Source: a virus (taxonomy: Duplodnaviria > Heunggongvirae > Uroviricota > Caudoviricetes). Taken from it: DNA of 31,458 nucleotides. Where the stretch lies: IMG/VR virus record IMGVR_UViG_2534681704_000006; one strand, written 5' to 3'. The notes beneath the pieces are model-generated. The model had not been told where the DNA came from. It saw only the letters and a list, made by a program, of their open reading frames with translations, and searched no databases. The position numbers and the translations under genes are program-made. Shown in pieces: positions 1-8,521 of the stretch (within the stretch, counting starts at the first letter, position 1; each line of letters begins with the position of its first letter).

Positions 1-28
1 TGCCGCCTCCGTGACATGTCACAGAGAT

Positions 29-367
29 TTATATCATTAATTTTGTTTCGTGCCAGCCTTTGGTCACCCAGCATTGTGAGTCACCATTACACGGGCATGA
101 ATTAACAGGAACTCTCTCGCCGCACTTACCGCACCGTTTTCTGCTGATCGATTTTATACGCCAGCGCACACGTGCATCATCCTGGCGGCTCAGTAACGCG
201 ATGTACTCACCAAACTCGCAAGGCGCACGCCTGAAGCGACGCGTGGCACAGTTACGCTCCAGCATTTCAATTTCCTGAGCATCAAGTACAAGCTCCAGCT
301 TACGCATACCGGATGATGCTTGCTTGGCTCTCTGATCGGCTTTGTGCTCTGTTGCTGATTTAGCCAT
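29..367 (-). CDS. hypothetical small protein with C-terminal Cys cluster (possible zinc-binding)
   Basis: 112-aa ORF; AGGA-type ribosome-binding site about 8 nt upstream of the ATG at 367; CGKCG...CPCNG cysteine cluster; family not recognised. Confidence 0.4.
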   Translation of the reverse strand: MAKSATEHKADQRAKQASSGMRKLELVLDAQEIEMLERNCATRRFRRAPCEFGEYIALLSRQDDARVRWRIKSISRKRCGKCGERVPVNSCPCNGDSQCWVTKGWHETKLMI

Positions 368-570
368 TCTGCTTTTCCTGCATCAGGAGAAAGACAATCA
401 TGGCGGCGCGGATACTTCCGGTATCTTTTTACGCAATATTCCCCTTCAATGGCACATACAAGAAGAGAGCCATCAACAGGAGTGATTGAGGAATCGACAA
501 CCAGCAACGCTTAATTATCTATAGTGTCGTATTTGCTTCATAAAATATGGCGAATAACACAAAGCCCGCA

Positions 571-602
571 GCAGCTCATTGTGCGGGCTTTTCTTATACC
601 TA
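571..602. terminator. GC-rich hairpin (AAGCCCGCA...TGCGGGCTT) flanked by T/A runs; candidate bidirectional intrinsic terminator
   Basis: Inverted repeat read directly from sequence, followed by TTTTCTTAT on the + strand; lies downstream of the minus-strand gene 661..1275. Confidence 0.4.
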
Positions 603-660
603 CTTCCTAGAGATAATTCTATGGAGGCATTAAATCAATACTGTCATTGGTAATATCATA

Positions 661-1275
661 TTATCTAAAAGTCTTTCCACTTTTAACATCTAGGTATATT
701 CTGTTCGACAACGTCATTCCTCCGCAATATGTGAAATAGATGTTTTCACCCTTATTGCTTGATGCCATCCACCCTCCGATTTCCTTAAAATCGCTTTCCG
801 TGCAGACCCCTTCATTTATTAACTTCCTAGCTGCCGAAGAAAACTCTTTTTTGTATATACGGTAGTCATCAGATCCTTTGATTAAAGTATCATCTCCGCT
901 CGCATTTTCAGCAGGATCTGATGGCCTTTCACTGCTAAGATCACTAAGTTTAACCCATTCTGAAAACTTGCCATTAACGATTCCATTTTTTCTTGTGCAG
1001 GATTTATTACCTTCTTTAATATATTCGCTTTCCCCTCCAACACATGAGGCTGAATATGGCTCAGTTATACGAACCCATTCACCTTTTTTTTCTAGAAAAT
1101 CTACGCCTTCCCTGAAAAATAGTTTCCCAGCCACTCCACATTTACTTGAAGGGCAGGTATGTCTTTCCGTTCGATCAACAACAACCCATAGTTTTGATTC
1201 ATTTTTTGCCATTGCCGATGGTATTTGAGATGAGACAATTAACGTAAGCCCTAAAATTAGTATTGATTTTTTCAT
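661..1275 (-). CDS. secreted/periplasmic cysteine-containing protein of unknown function (AT-rich accessory gene)
   Basis: 204-aa ORF; N-terminal signal peptide (MKKSILILGLTLIVSSQIPSAMA|KN); six Cys residues; AT-rich relative to the flanking lambda-like genes. Confidence 0.6.
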   Translation of the reverse strand: MKKSILILGLTLIVSSQIPSAMAKNESKLWVVVDRTERHTCPSSKCGVAGKLFFREGVDFLEKKGEWVRITEPYSASCVGGESEYIKEGNKSCTRKNGIVNGKFSEWVKLSDLSSERPSDPAENASGDDTLIKGSDDYRIYKKEFSSAARKLINEGVCTESDFKEIGGWMASSNKGENIYFTYCGGMTLSNRIYLDVKSGKTFR

Positions 1276-1573
1276 TGTAATTTCCTTTTACTTTTTACAA
1301 AGCGTTTAATCATGGCTGATTATCTCTAAGTGTAGTAACAGCCTTGTGCGAAACATGTTACCAAATCGCCATTTCAGTGTATCCGCAGTTAGGCTGCCAC
1401 TTCAAGGATTCCTAATTACATGGTACGTAAGCGTAAAATCCCGTTGGTTGGCGGGTAATAACTCTGATCAAATCTCCCTTGTCTTTTGCTCTTACGTATG
1501 CAGCTCTTGTGTATTCAACCCAGGCCTCCAGTTCAGCAATACGCTTACTTCCATCCGAGATAACACCTTCTAC

Positions 1574-1825
1574 TCACGCTGCTCGTTGAGTTTTGATTTT
1601 TGCTGTCTCCAGCTCAACACGCAGTTTCCCCACCGTTAGCGCAATATCCTCGTTCTCCTGGTCGCGGCGTTTGATGTATTGCTGGTTTCTTTCCCGTTCA
1701 TCCAGCAGTGTCAGCACAATCGATGGTGTTACCAGCTCATGGAAAAGGTCCGCGTCAAATCCCCAGTTGTCAGGCATTGCCTGCTCTGCCGCTTCACGCA
1801 GTGCCTGAGAGTGAATTACGCTCAC
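1574..1825 (-). CDS. hypothetical protein (early-left accessory region)
   Basis: 83-aa ORF whose start overlaps the stop of the upstream TraR-like gene by 4 nt (operon-like arrangement). Confidence 0.45.
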   Translation of the reverse strand: MSVIHSQALREAAEQAMPDNWGFDADLFHELVTPSIVLTLLDERERNQQYIKRRDQENEDIALTVGKLRVELETAKIKTQRAA

Positions 1826-2043
1826 TTCGAACCTCTCTGTTTACTGATAAGCTCCAGATCTTCCTGGCAACTTGCACAAGTCCGACAACCCTGAACGGCC
1901 AGGCGTCTTAGCTCATCTATGGGATCGCCACACTCACAACAATGAGTGGCAGATACAGCCTGGTGGTTCAGGCGGCGCATTTTTATTGCTGTGTTGCGCT
2001 GTAATTCTTCAATTTCTGATGCTGAATCAATGATGTCTGCCAT
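1822..2043 (-). CDS. TraR/DksA-family C4 zinc-finger protein
   Basis: 73-aa ORF with CxxC-x17-CxxC motif (CCECG...CASC) typical of phage TraR/DksA-like proteins. Confidence 0.7.
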   Translation of the reverse strand: MADIIDSASEIEELQRNTAIKMRRLNHQAVSATHCCECGDPIDELRRLAVQGCRTCASCQEDLELISKQRGSK

Positions 2044-2097
2044 CTTCCATTAATCCCTGAATTGTTGGTTAATACGCTTGGGGGTAAATGCGAGCAA

Positions 2098-2125
2098 TAA
2101 AAAAGGAGCCTGTAGCTCCCTGATA
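2098..2125 (-). terminator. candidate intrinsic terminator within the leftward early operon (tL-like)
   Basis: Minus-strand hairpin GGAGC-TACAG-GCTCC followed by TTTTTTATTG. Confidence 0.4.
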
Positions 2126-2141
2126 ATTTTGCTTTTCATGT

Positions 2142-2357
2142 TCATCGTTCCTTAAAGACGCCGTTTAACATGCCGATTGCCAGGCTTAAATGAGTCGGTG
2201 TGAATCCCATCAGCGTTACCGTTTCGCGGTGCTTCTTCAGTACGCTACGGCAAATGTCATCGACGTTTTTATCCGGAAACTGCTGTCTGGCTTTTTTGAT
2301 TTCAGAATTAGCCTGACGGGCAATGCTGCGAAGGGCGTTTTCTTGCTGAGGTGTCAT
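2142..2357 (-). CDS. small protein in the position of lambda orf61; start uncertain (alternative ATG at 2423)
   Basis: Third small ORF downstream of exo in the leftward operon, matching lambda layout; internal ATG at 2357 has a G-rich ribosome-binding site. Confidence 0.5.
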   Translation of the reverse strand: MTPQQENALRSIARQANSEIKKARQQFPDKNVDDICRSVLKKHRETVTLMGFTPTHLSLAIGMLNGVFKER

Positions 2358-2433
2358 TGAACAAGCCCCATGTCGGCAAGCATAAGCACACAGAATATGA
2401 AGCCCGCTGCCAGAAAAATGCATTCAGTGGTTG

Positions 2434-2625
2434 TCATACCTGGTCTCTCTCATCTGCTTCTGCTTTCGCCACCATCATTTCCAGCTTTTGTGAAAGGGAT
2501 GCGGCTAACGTATGAAATTCTTCGTCTGTTTCTACTGGTATTGGCACAAACCTGACTCCAATTTGAGCGAGGCTATGTGCCATCTCGATACACGTTCTTA
2601 ACTCAACAGGAGATGCTTTGTGCAT
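2434..2625 (-). CDS. small protein in the position of lambda orf63
   Basis: 63-aa ORF, second gene downstream of exo, same length as lambda orf63. Confidence 0.55.
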   Translation of the reverse strand: MHKASPVELRTCIEMAHSLAQIGVRFVPIPVETDEEFHTLAASLSQKLEMMVAKAEADERDQV

Positions 2626-2786
2626 ACAGCCCCCCGTTTATTATTTATCTCCTCAGCCAGCCGCTGTGCTTTCAGGGGATTTCTGATAACAGAAAGGCCG
2701 GGAAATACCCAGCCTCGCTTTGTAACGGAGTAGACGAAAGTGATCGCACCTACCCGGATATTATCGTGAGGATGCTTCATCGCCAT
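2598..2786 (-). CDS. small protein in the position of lambda orf60a
   Basis: 62-aa ORF immediately downstream of exo and overlapping its stop. Confidence 0.5.
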   Translation of the reverse strand: MAMKHPHDNIRVGAITFVYSVTKRGWVFPGLSVIRNPLKAQRLAEEINNKRGAVCTKHLLLS

Positions 2787-3457
2787 TGCTCCCCAAATAC
2801 AAAACCAATTTCAGCCAGTGCCTCGTCCATTTTTTCGATGAACTCCGGCACCATCTCGTCAAAACTCGCCATGTACTTTTCATCCCGCTCAACCACGACA
2901 TAATGCAGGCCTTCACGCTTCATACGCGGGTCATAGTTGGCAAAGTACCAGGCATCTTTTCGCGTCACCCACATGCTGTACTGCACCTGGGCCATGTAAG
3001 CCGACTTTATGGCCTCGAAACCACCGAGCCGGAACTTCATGAAATCCCGGGAGGTAAACGGGCATTTCAGCTCAAGGCCATTGCCGTCACTGCATAAACC
3101 ATCGGGAGAGCAGGCGGTACGCATACTTTCGTCGCGATAGATGATCGGGGATTCAGTAACATTCACGCCGGAAGTGAATTCAAACAGAGTTCTGGCGTCG
3201 TTCTCGTACTGTTTTCCCCATGCCAGCGCCTTAGCATTAACTTCCGGAGCCACACCGGTGCAAACCTCAGCCAGCAGGGTGTGGAAGTAGGACATTTTCA
3301 TGTCAGGCCACTTTTTTCCGGAGCGGGGTTTTGCTATCACATTGTGAACTTCTGAAGCGGTGATGACGCCGAGCCGTAATTTGTGCCACGCATCATCCCC
3401 CTGTTCGACAGCTCTCACGTCGATTCCGGTACGCTGCAGGATAATGTCCGGTGTCAT
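2777..3457 (-). CDS. exo: lambda exonuclease (Red-alpha, 5'-3' dsDNA exonuclease)
   Basis: 226-aa product matches my recollection of lambda Exo end to end ([40 protein letters not shown]...); 4-nt overlap with bet as in lambda. Confidence 0.96.
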   Translation of the reverse strand: MTPDIILQRTGIDVRAVEQGDDAWHKLRLGVITASEVHNVIAKPRSGKKWPDMKMSYFHTLLAEVCTGVAPEVNAKALAWGKQYENDARTLFEFTSGVNVTESPIIYRDESMRTACSPDGLCSDGNGLELKCPFTSRDFMKFRLGGFEAIKSAYMAQVQYSMWVTRKDAWYFANYDPRMKREGLHYVVVERDEKYMASFDEMVPEFIEKMDEALAEIGFVFGEQWR

Positions 3458-4239
3458 GCAGCCACCTTCTGCTCAGTGGCTTTCTGTTTCAGGAATCCAA
3501 GAGCTTTCACTGCTTCGGCCTGTGTCAGTTCTGACGATGCGCGAATGTCGCGGCGAAATATCTGGGAACAGAGCGGCAATAAGTCGTCATCCCATGTTTT
3601 ATCCAGGGCAATCAGCAGAGTGTTAATCTCCTGCATGGTTTCATCGTTAACCGGAGTGATGTCGCGTTCCGGCTGACGTTCTGCAGTGTATGCGGTATTT
3701 TCGACAATGCGCTCGGCTTCATCCTTGTCATAGATACCAGCAAATCCGAAGGCGAGACGGGCACACTGAATCATGGCTTTATGCCGTAACATCCGTTTGG
3801 GATGCGACTGCCACGGCCCCGTGATTTCTCTGCCTTCGCGGGTTTTGAATGGTTCGCGGCGGCATTCATCCATCCACTCGGTAACGCAGATCGGATGATT
3901 GCGGTCTTTGCGGTAAATCCGGCATGTGCAGGATTCATTGTCCTGCTCAAAGTCCATGCCATCAAACTGCTGGTTTTCATTGATGATACGGGACCAGCCA
4001 TCAACGCCCACCACCGGAACGATGCCGTTCTGCTTGTCAGGGAAGGCGTAAATTTCTTTCGTCCACGGATTAAGGCCGTACTGGTTGGCGACGATCAGCA
4101 ATGCGATGAACTGCGCATCGCTGGCATCACCTTTAAATGCCGTCTGGCGAAGAGTGGTGATCAGTTCCTGTGGGTCGACAGAATCCATGCCGACGCGTTC
4201 AGCCAGCTTCCCAGCCAGCGTTGCGAGTGCTGTACTCAT
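3454..4239 (-). CDS. bet: lambda Bet (Red-beta single-strand annealing recombinase)
   Basis: 261-aa product matches recalled lambda Bet ([66 protein letters not shown]...). Confidence 0.96.
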   Translation of the reverse strand: MSTALATLAGKLAERVGMDSVDPQELITTLRQTAFKGDASDAQFIALLIVANQYGLNPWTKEIYAFPDKQNGIVPVVGVDGWSRIINENQQFDGMDFEQDNESCTCRIYRKDRNHPICVTEWMDECRREPFKTREGREITGPWQSHPKRMLRHKAMIQCARLAFGFAGIYDKDEAERIVENTAYTAERQPERDITPVNDETMQEINTLLIALDKTWDDDLLPLCSQIFRRDIRASSELTQAEAVKALGFLKQKATEQKVAA

Positions 4240-4244
4240 CCGTT

Positions 4245-4661
4245 TTATACCTCTGAATCAATATCAACCTGGTGGTGAGCAATGGTTTCAACCATGTACC
4301 GGATGTGTTCTGCCATGCGCTCCTGAAACTCAACATCGTCATCAAACGCACGGGTAATGGCTTTTTTGCTGGCCCCGTGGCGTTGTAAATGATCGATGCA
4401 GAGTGATTCAAACAGGTGCTGGGGCAGACCTTTTTCCATGTCGTCTGCCAGTTCTGCCTCTTTCTCTTCACGGGCGATCTGCTGGTAGTGACGCGTCCAG
4501 CTCTGAGCCTCAAGACGATCCTGAATGTAATAAGCGTTCATGGCTGAACTCCTGAAATAGCTGTGAAAATATCGCCCGCGAAATGCCGGGCTGATTAGGA
4601 AAACAGGAAAGGAGGTTAGTGAATGCTTTTGCTTGATCTCAGTTTCAGTATTAATATCCAT
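4245..4661 (-). CDS. gam: Gam (RecBCD inhibitor)
   Basis: 138-aa product matches recalled lambda Gam long form ([16 protein letters not shown]...). Confidence 0.94.
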   Translation of the reverse strand: MDINTETEIKQKHSLTSFPVFLISPAFRGRYFHSYFRSSAMNAYYIQDRLEAQSWTRHYQQIAREEKEAELADDMEKGLPQHLFESLCIDHLQRHGASKKAITRAFDDDVEFQERMAEHIRYMVETIAHHQVDIDSEV

Positions 4662-4759
4662 TTTTTATAAGCGTCGACGGCCTCACGAAACATCTTTTCA
4701 TCGCCAATAAAAGTGGCGATAGTGAATTTAGTCTGGATAGCCATAAGTGTTTGATCCAT
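4616..4759 (-). CDS. kil: Kil (host-killing, FtsZ inhibitor)
   Basis: 47-aa product [47 protein letters not shown] embedded in the longer 89-aa track ORF; overlaps gam as in lambda. Confidence 0.85.
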   Translation of the reverse strand: MDQTLMAIQTKFTIATFIGDEKMFREAVDAYKKWILILKLRSSKSIH

Positions 4760-4892
4760 TTTTTGGGACTCCTGGCTGATTAAGTATGTCGATAAGGCGT
4801 TTCCATCCGTCACGTAATTTACGGGTGATTCGTTCAAGTAAAGATTCGGAAGGGCAGCCAGCAACAGGCCACCCTGCAATGGCATATTGCAT
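4728..4892 (-). CDS. cIII: cIII (FtsH inhibitor, stabilises cII)
   Basis: 54-aa product [54 protein letters not shown]; the track ORF N-terminal extension runs into the IS1 end. Confidence 0.9.
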   Translation of the reverse strand: MQYAIAGWPVAGCPSESLLERITRKLRDGWKRLIDILNQPGVPKNGSNTYGYPD

Positions 4893-4894
4893 GG

Positions 4895-4903
4895 TGTGCT
4901 CCG
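4895..4903. repeat. 9-bp target-site duplication (GTGTGCTCC), left copy
   Basis: Same 9-mer directly abuts both IS1 termini. Confidence 0.85.
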
Positions 4904-4917
4904 GTAATGACTCCAAC

Positions 4918-5421
4918 TTATTGATAGTGTTTTATGTTCAGATAATGCCCGATGACTTTGTCATGCAGCTCCACCGATTTTGAGAACGACAGCGACTTCC
5001 GTCCCAGCCGTGCCAGGTGCTGCCTCAGATTCAGGTTATGCCGCTCAATTCGCTGCGTATATCGCTTGCTGATTACGTGCAGCTTTCCCTTCAGGCGGGA
5101 TTCATACAGCGGCCAGCCATCCGTCATCCATATCACCACGTCAAAGGGTGACAGCAGGCTCATAAGACGCCCCAGCGTCGCCATAGTGCGTTCACCGAAT
5201 ACGTGCGCAACAACCGTCTTCCGGAGCCTGTCATACGCGTAAAACAGCCAGCGCTGGCGCGATTTAGCCCCGACGTATCCCCACTGTTCGTCCATTTCCG
5301 CGCAGACGATGACGTCACTGCCCGGCTGTATGCGCGAGGTTACCGACTGCGGCCTGAGTTTTTTAAATGGCGGAAAATCGTGTTGAGGCCAACGCCCATA
5401 ATGCGGGCGGTTGCCCGGCAT
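4918..5421 (-). CDS. insB: IS1 transposase InsB (expressed as InsAB' by -1 frameshift)
   Basis: 167-aa product matches recalled IS1 InsB. Confidence 0.93.
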   Translation of the reverse strand: MPGNRPHYGRWPQHDFPPFKKLRPQSVTSRIQPGSDVIVCAEMDEQWGYVGAKSRQRWLFYAYDRLRKTVVAHVFGERTMATLGRLMSLLSPFDVVIWMTDGWPLYESRLKGKLHVISKRYTQRIERHNLNLRQHLARLGRKSLSFSKSVELHDKVIGHYLNIKHYQ

Positions 5422-5615
5422 CCAACGCCATTCATGGCCATATCAATGATTTTCTGGTGCGTACCGGGTTGAGAAGCGGTGTAAGTGAACTGCAGTTGCC
5501 ATGTTTTACGGCAGTGAGAGCAGAGATAGCGCTGATGTCCGGCAGTGCTTTTGCCGTTACGCACCACCCCGTCAGTAGCTGAACAGGAGGGACAGCTGAT
5601 AGAAACAGAAGCCAC
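5340..5615 (-). CDS. insA: IS1 InsA (transposition repressor / N-terminal part of InsAB')
   Basis: 91-aa product [43 protein letters not shown]... matches recalled InsA. Confidence 0.93.
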   Translation of the reverse strand: MASVSISCPSCSATDGVVRNGKSTAGHQRYLCSHCRKTWQLQFTYTASQPGTHQKIIDMAMNGVGCRATARIMGVGLNTIFRHLKNSGRSR

Positions 5616-5670
5616 TGGAGCACCTCAAAAACACCATCATACACTAAATCAGTAAGTTGGCAGCATCACC

Positions 5671-5679
5671 GTGTGCTCC
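5671..5679. repeat. 9-bp target-site duplication (GTGTGCTCC), right copy
   Basis: Same 9-mer as at 4895..4903. Confidence 0.85.
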
Positions 5680-5741
5680 TTATTTATACATAACGAAAAA
5701 CGCCTCGAGTGAAGCGTTATTGGTATGCGGTAACGCCGCGC

Positions 5742-6110
5742 TCAGGCGGCTTTGATAGTCATATCATCTGAATCAAATATTCCTGATGTATCGATATCGG
5801 TAATTCTTATTCCTTCGCTACCATCCATTGGAGGCCATCCTTCCTGACCATTTCCATCATTCCAGTCGAACTCACACACAACACCATATGCATTTAAGTC
5901 GCTTGAAATTGCTATAAGCAGAGCATGTTGCGCCAGCATGATTAATACAGCATTTAATACAGAGCCGTGTTTATTGAGTCGGTATTCAGAGTCTGACCAG
6001 AAATTATTAATCTGGTGAAGTTTTTCCTCTGTCATTACGTCATGGTCGATTTCAATTTCTATTGATGCTTTCCAGTCGTAATCAATGATGTATTTTTTGA
6101 TGTTTGACAT
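5742..6110 (-). CDS. ea10: Ea10-like early protein
   Basis: 122-aa product (MSNIKKYIIDYDWKASIEIEIDHDV...) matches my recollection of lambda Ea10 and sits between cIII and sieB as in lambda. Confidence 0.8.
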   Translation of the reverse strand: MSNIKKYIIDYDWKASIEIEIDHDVMTEEKLHQINNFWSDSEYRLNKHGSVLNAVLIMLAQHALLIAISSDLNAYGVVCEFDWNDGNGQEGWPPMDGSEGIRITDIDTSGIFDSDDMTIKAA

Positions 6111-6127
6111 CTATTCATATCCTCACA

Positions 6128-6156
6128 GATAAAAAATCGCCCTCACATTGGAGGGC
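6128..6156 (-). terminator. intrinsic terminator upstream of ea10 in the leftward operon (tL1-like)
   Basis: Minus-strand hairpin GCCCTC-CAATGT-GAGGGC followed by GATTTTTTATCT. Confidence 0.55.
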
Positions 6157-6370
6157 AAAGAAGATTTCCAATAATCAGAACAAGTCGGCTCCTGTTTAGT
6201 TACGAGCGACATTGCTCAGTGTATTCACTCGTTGGAATGAATACACAGTGCAGTGTTTATTAGTATGCCTGTCTTTTAACCACATCAGGCTCGGTGGTTC
6301 TCGTGTACCCCTACAGCGAGAAATCGGATAAACTCTATTCACCCCTACAGAGAGCAAAAGAGAAACGCCG

Positions 6371-6952
6371 ATGAACAACTCATGGTGGCAGGAACTAATG
6401 CATTTTTTCCTGCAAGGAATGACACTTAAACAGTTGATTCATATGCTAATCATCCTAATCATATTGATTATTGTTATGCCTGTAAGCGTAAAAGAATGGA
6501 TAAACCTGCATAATCCAGAAATCCTTCCTCATTACTGGATGTATTACATCCTGTTGTTTTGCGTTAGCTATGTGCTTAACGGCGTTGTTAATTCCGCTTA
6601 TCACGCTGTGACTGAAAGAATTGAGATATTCGCTGCTCAGAAGCGCAAATCTAAAGAAGAGAAATACGTGCAAGATTTGTTTGATTCGTTAACTCTTGGA
6701 GAAAGAGCGTATTTGGCATTCGCTGTAGCCGCTAATAACCAGCTAAAGACAGAAAAGGGAAGCCCTGAAGCAATCTCATTGCTCGAAAAAGGGCTTCTTA
6801 TTCGGGTACCTTCTGCTACTGGATATCCTGAAATCGACCGTTTTGTTATCCCAGAACGCTATAGAAATGAGTGCTACATTAGGTTTGCTGGGAAGAAAGA
6901 CAGTCTTATGGATGAACTTATCGCTCAGGATAAGCATGGCAAAAACAAGTAA
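6371..6952 (+). CDS. sieB: superinfection exclusion protein B
   Basis: 193-aa membrane protein (MNNSWWQELM.FFLQGMTLKQLIHMLIILI...KHGKNK) matching recalled lambda/Rac SieB; encoded opposite to the leftward early operon, convergent with N. Confidence 0.85.
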   Translation: MNNSWWQELMHFFLQGMTLKQLIHMLIILIILIIVMPVSVKEWINLHNPEILPHYWMYYILLFCVSYVLNGVVNSAYHAVTERIEIFAAQKRKSKEEKYVQDLFDSLTLGERAYLAFAVAANNQLKTEKGSPEAISLLEKGLLIRVPSATGYPEIDRFVIPERYRNECYIRFAGKKDSLMDELIAQDKHGKNK

Positions 6953-6968
6953 TTAGCAAATTAATTTA

Positions 6969-7241
6969 TCATCTCGCCGTCAGTTGTTTTGATTTCCGGT
7001 AGCCTGCCGCGTAAATGGCTACGTTTGGCAGGCAAATACTTCCACTGCATTCATCTGCCTTCTTGCAGCGAAGGCTTCCGAGTGATGCTGCTTTGTCTGC
7101 TCTGACGCAACCAGAGAGCTTTAGCGCAATTTTTCGCGCCAGTCGCTGTTCTTGCATTGCCTGCTCACGTTGAGCCTGTCTGCGTGCTCTGCGGCGATTT
7201 CTGGCGTTATCGTCAGCCAGATATGTAATGACTACTGCCAT
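6969..7241 (-). CDS. N: N-type transcription antiterminator (arginine-rich motif; P22 gp24-like C-terminus)
   Basis: 90-aa basic protein; N-terminal Arg-rich motif NARNRRRARRQAQREQ; C-terminal LPNVAIYAAGYRKSKQLTAR resembles P22 gene 24; first gene downstream of candidate nutL. Confidence 0.8.
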   Translation of the reverse strand: MAVVITYLADDNARNRRRARRQAQREQAMQEQRLARKIALKLSGCVRADKAASLGSLRCKKADECSGSICLPNVAIYAAGYRKSKQLTAR

Positions 7242-7347
7242 GTTGACCTCCGATGATTGACTTTGGCGGTGACGCGCCGGGTGCTTATCTTCCGGTTGCC
7301 GTCGTGCAGCTGCACTTCACGTCACCCCAAAGCCAACTACTCTTTGG

Positions 7348-7390
7348 TTCCCGCATTTCGGCGGGACAATCCCATCAATGTTAAAGAGCC
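7348..7390 (-). promoter_or_regulatory. nutL candidate (boxA GGCTCTTTAACA, then boxB hairpin TCCCGC-CGAAAT-GCGGGA on the minus strand)
   Basis: boxA-like sequence followed 11 nt later by a hairpin identical to the boxB hairpin found at the mirror position right of cro. Confidence 0.65.
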
Positions 7391-7424
7391 TGCCAATCTG
7401 TTCCGTTTGGCTACCAGCGTCCTG

Positions 7425-7520
7425 CCGATGACTTAAATTTAAGATTTCTTTAACTATTGGTCAAGAGCGTTTTTGAAGAAAACTTAAATTTTGTTGCGAA
7501 GCTTAAGTTTTGCTTTGATT
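7425..7520 (-). promoter_or_regulatory. OL/pL region: repeated P22-type operator half-sites (xTTAAG...CTTAAx) and candidate pL (-35 TTGACC, -10 TAAATT on minus strand)
   Basis: Multiple CTTAA/TTAAG-containing dyads between cI terminator and nutL; promoter hexamers with about 17-bp spacing on the minus strand. Confidence 0.55.
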
Positions 7521-7524
7521 TTTA

Positions 7525-7557
7525 AAGGAAAGAAAAAAAGGGGCGAATGCCCCTTAT
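7525..7557 (-). terminator. intrinsic terminator at the 3' end of the repressor gene
   Basis: Minus-strand hairpin AAGGGGC-ATTC-GCCCCTT followed by TTTTTTTCTTTCC, overlapping the cI stop codon. Confidence 0.6.
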
Positions 7558-8204
7558 GGAAGGTTTGCTATTTTTGCATCGACAACTACACCGATGATTT
7601 TGCAGTTCCCGTTGATCTCAATCATCGGATATTGTGGGTTAAGTGGTTTTAGAAACCTTCTGCCAGCATCAATAACTAACTTCTTGAAAGTTGCCTCGTT
7701 TTCTCCTTCGAGCTTTGCCACTACCAGCTTCCCATTACGAGGTTCTACTTCAGGATCGACTAGTATTATCATCCCTTCCGGGATGCTAAGACCGGCTGGA
7801 GCCGTCATCGAATCACCCTTTACGTCCAGCCAAAACGAATCTTCTGAACAATCTACGGTTGTATCGTACCAGTTATCTATTGCACGCTTATGATATGGCT
7901 CTACAGCTTCCATCCAACATCCTGCGCTTACCCAACTAATTAGAGGATACGAACCTCTTGGATCATGCCTGCTGTGATAGGCAATGTTTGAAAGACTATC
8001 TTCTCCTTTCAACAAGTAATCAGGGGAGCACTGTAAAGCCTTGGCTAAAGCCAATAGGTTTTCGCCATTGGGCTCAGTTTCAGAACGCTCCCATTGGGAA
8101 ATAGCAACATTAGACACGCCAACCATCTTGCCAAGGGCAGCCTGCCTAATCTTAAGTTCTTTTCTGCGAGCGCGAATACGCTCACCCATCAGTTGTGTAT
8201 TCAT
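7554..8204 (-). CDS. cI: CI-type immunity repressor, P22 C2-like (LexA-like autocleaving)
   Basis: 216-aa product matches recalled P22 C2 closely (MNTQLMGERIRARRK.LKIRQAALGKMVGVSNVAISQWERSETEPNGENLLAL...); HTH plus S24 peptidase domain with Ala-Gly cleavage site (VSAGCW). Confidence 0.92.
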   Translation of the reverse strand: MNTQLMGERIRARRKELKIRQAALGKMVGVSNVAISQWERSETEPNGENLLALAKALQCSPDYLLKGEDSLSNIAYHSRHDPRGSYPLISWVSAGCWMEAVEPYHKRAIDNWYDTTVDCSEDSFWLDVKGDSMTAPAGLSIPEGMIILVDPEVEPRNGKLVVAKLEGENEATFKKLVIDAGRRFLKPLNPQYPMIEINGNCKIIGVVVDAKIANLP

Positions 8205-8284
8205 AGTTAAGACATCTTAAATAAACTTGACTTAAGATTCCTTTGATAGATAATTTAAGTGTTCTTTAATTTCGGAGCGAGTCT
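8205..8284. promoter_or_regulatory. OR/pRM/pR region: three P22-type operators (AGTTAAGACATCTTAAAT, ACTTAAGATTCCTTTGAT, ATTTAAGTGTTCTTTAAT) and candidate pR (-35 TTGACT 8227..8232, -10 GATAAT 8249..8254)
   Basis: Operator dyads and promoter hexamers read directly between divergent cI and cro. Confidence 0.7.
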
Positions 8285-8470
8285 ATGTACAAGAAAGATG
8301 TTATCGACCACTTCGGAACCCAGCGTGCGGTAGCTAAAGCGTTAGGCATTAGCGATGCAGCAGTCTCTCAGTGGAAGGAAGTCATCCCAGAGAAAGACGC
8401 CTATCGACTGGAAGTCGTTACAGCTGGCGCCCTGAAGTATCAAGAAAGTGCTTATCGCAAAGCGGCATAA
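8285..8470 (+). CDS. cro: Cro repressor, P22-like
   Basis: 61-aa product MYKKDVIDHFGTQRAVAKALGISDAAVSQWKEVIPEKDAYRLE.VTAGALKYQE.AYR.AA matches recalled P22 Cro. Confidence 0.92.
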   Translation: MYKKDVIDHFGTQRAVAKALGISDAAVSQWKEVIPEKDAYRLEVVTAGALKYQESAYRKAA

Positions 8471-8476
8471 GCAAAT

Positions 8477-8521
8477 TGCTCTTTAACAGTCATGGTCCTT
8501 ATTCCCGCCGAAATGCGGGAA
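8477..8521 (+). promoter_or_regulatory. nutR candidate (boxA TGCTCTTTAACA, boxB hairpin TCCCGC-CGAAAT-GCGGGA)
   Basis: boxA consensus-like sequence 13 nt upstream of a hairpin identical to the nutL boxB; located between cro and the cII-like gene. Confidence 0.7.

Larger units (their letters stand above)
4904..5670 (-). mobile_element. IS1: IS1 insertion sequence (about 767 bp) with terminal inverted repeats GGTAATGACTCCAACTTATTGAT / GGTGATGCTGCCAACTTACTGAT
   Basis: Both recalled IS1 terminal repeats are present at the ends; insA and insB encoded inside; flanked by 9-bp direct duplication. Confidence 0.93.

Noticed and set aside
60-507. ORFs 60..278 (+) and 190..507 (-)
   Set aside because: Overlap the better-supported minus-strand ORF 29..367 or lack a ribosome-binding site; no recognisable features
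3802-4278. 158-aa ORF on the + strand
   Set aside because: Antisense to bet, which is supported by full-length similarity to lambda Bet
6196-6378. 60-aa minus-strand ORF in the position where lambda has ral
   Set aside because: Translation does not resemble Ral, has no ribosome-binding site, and overlaps the repeat-containing putative sieB promoter region; treated as non-coding
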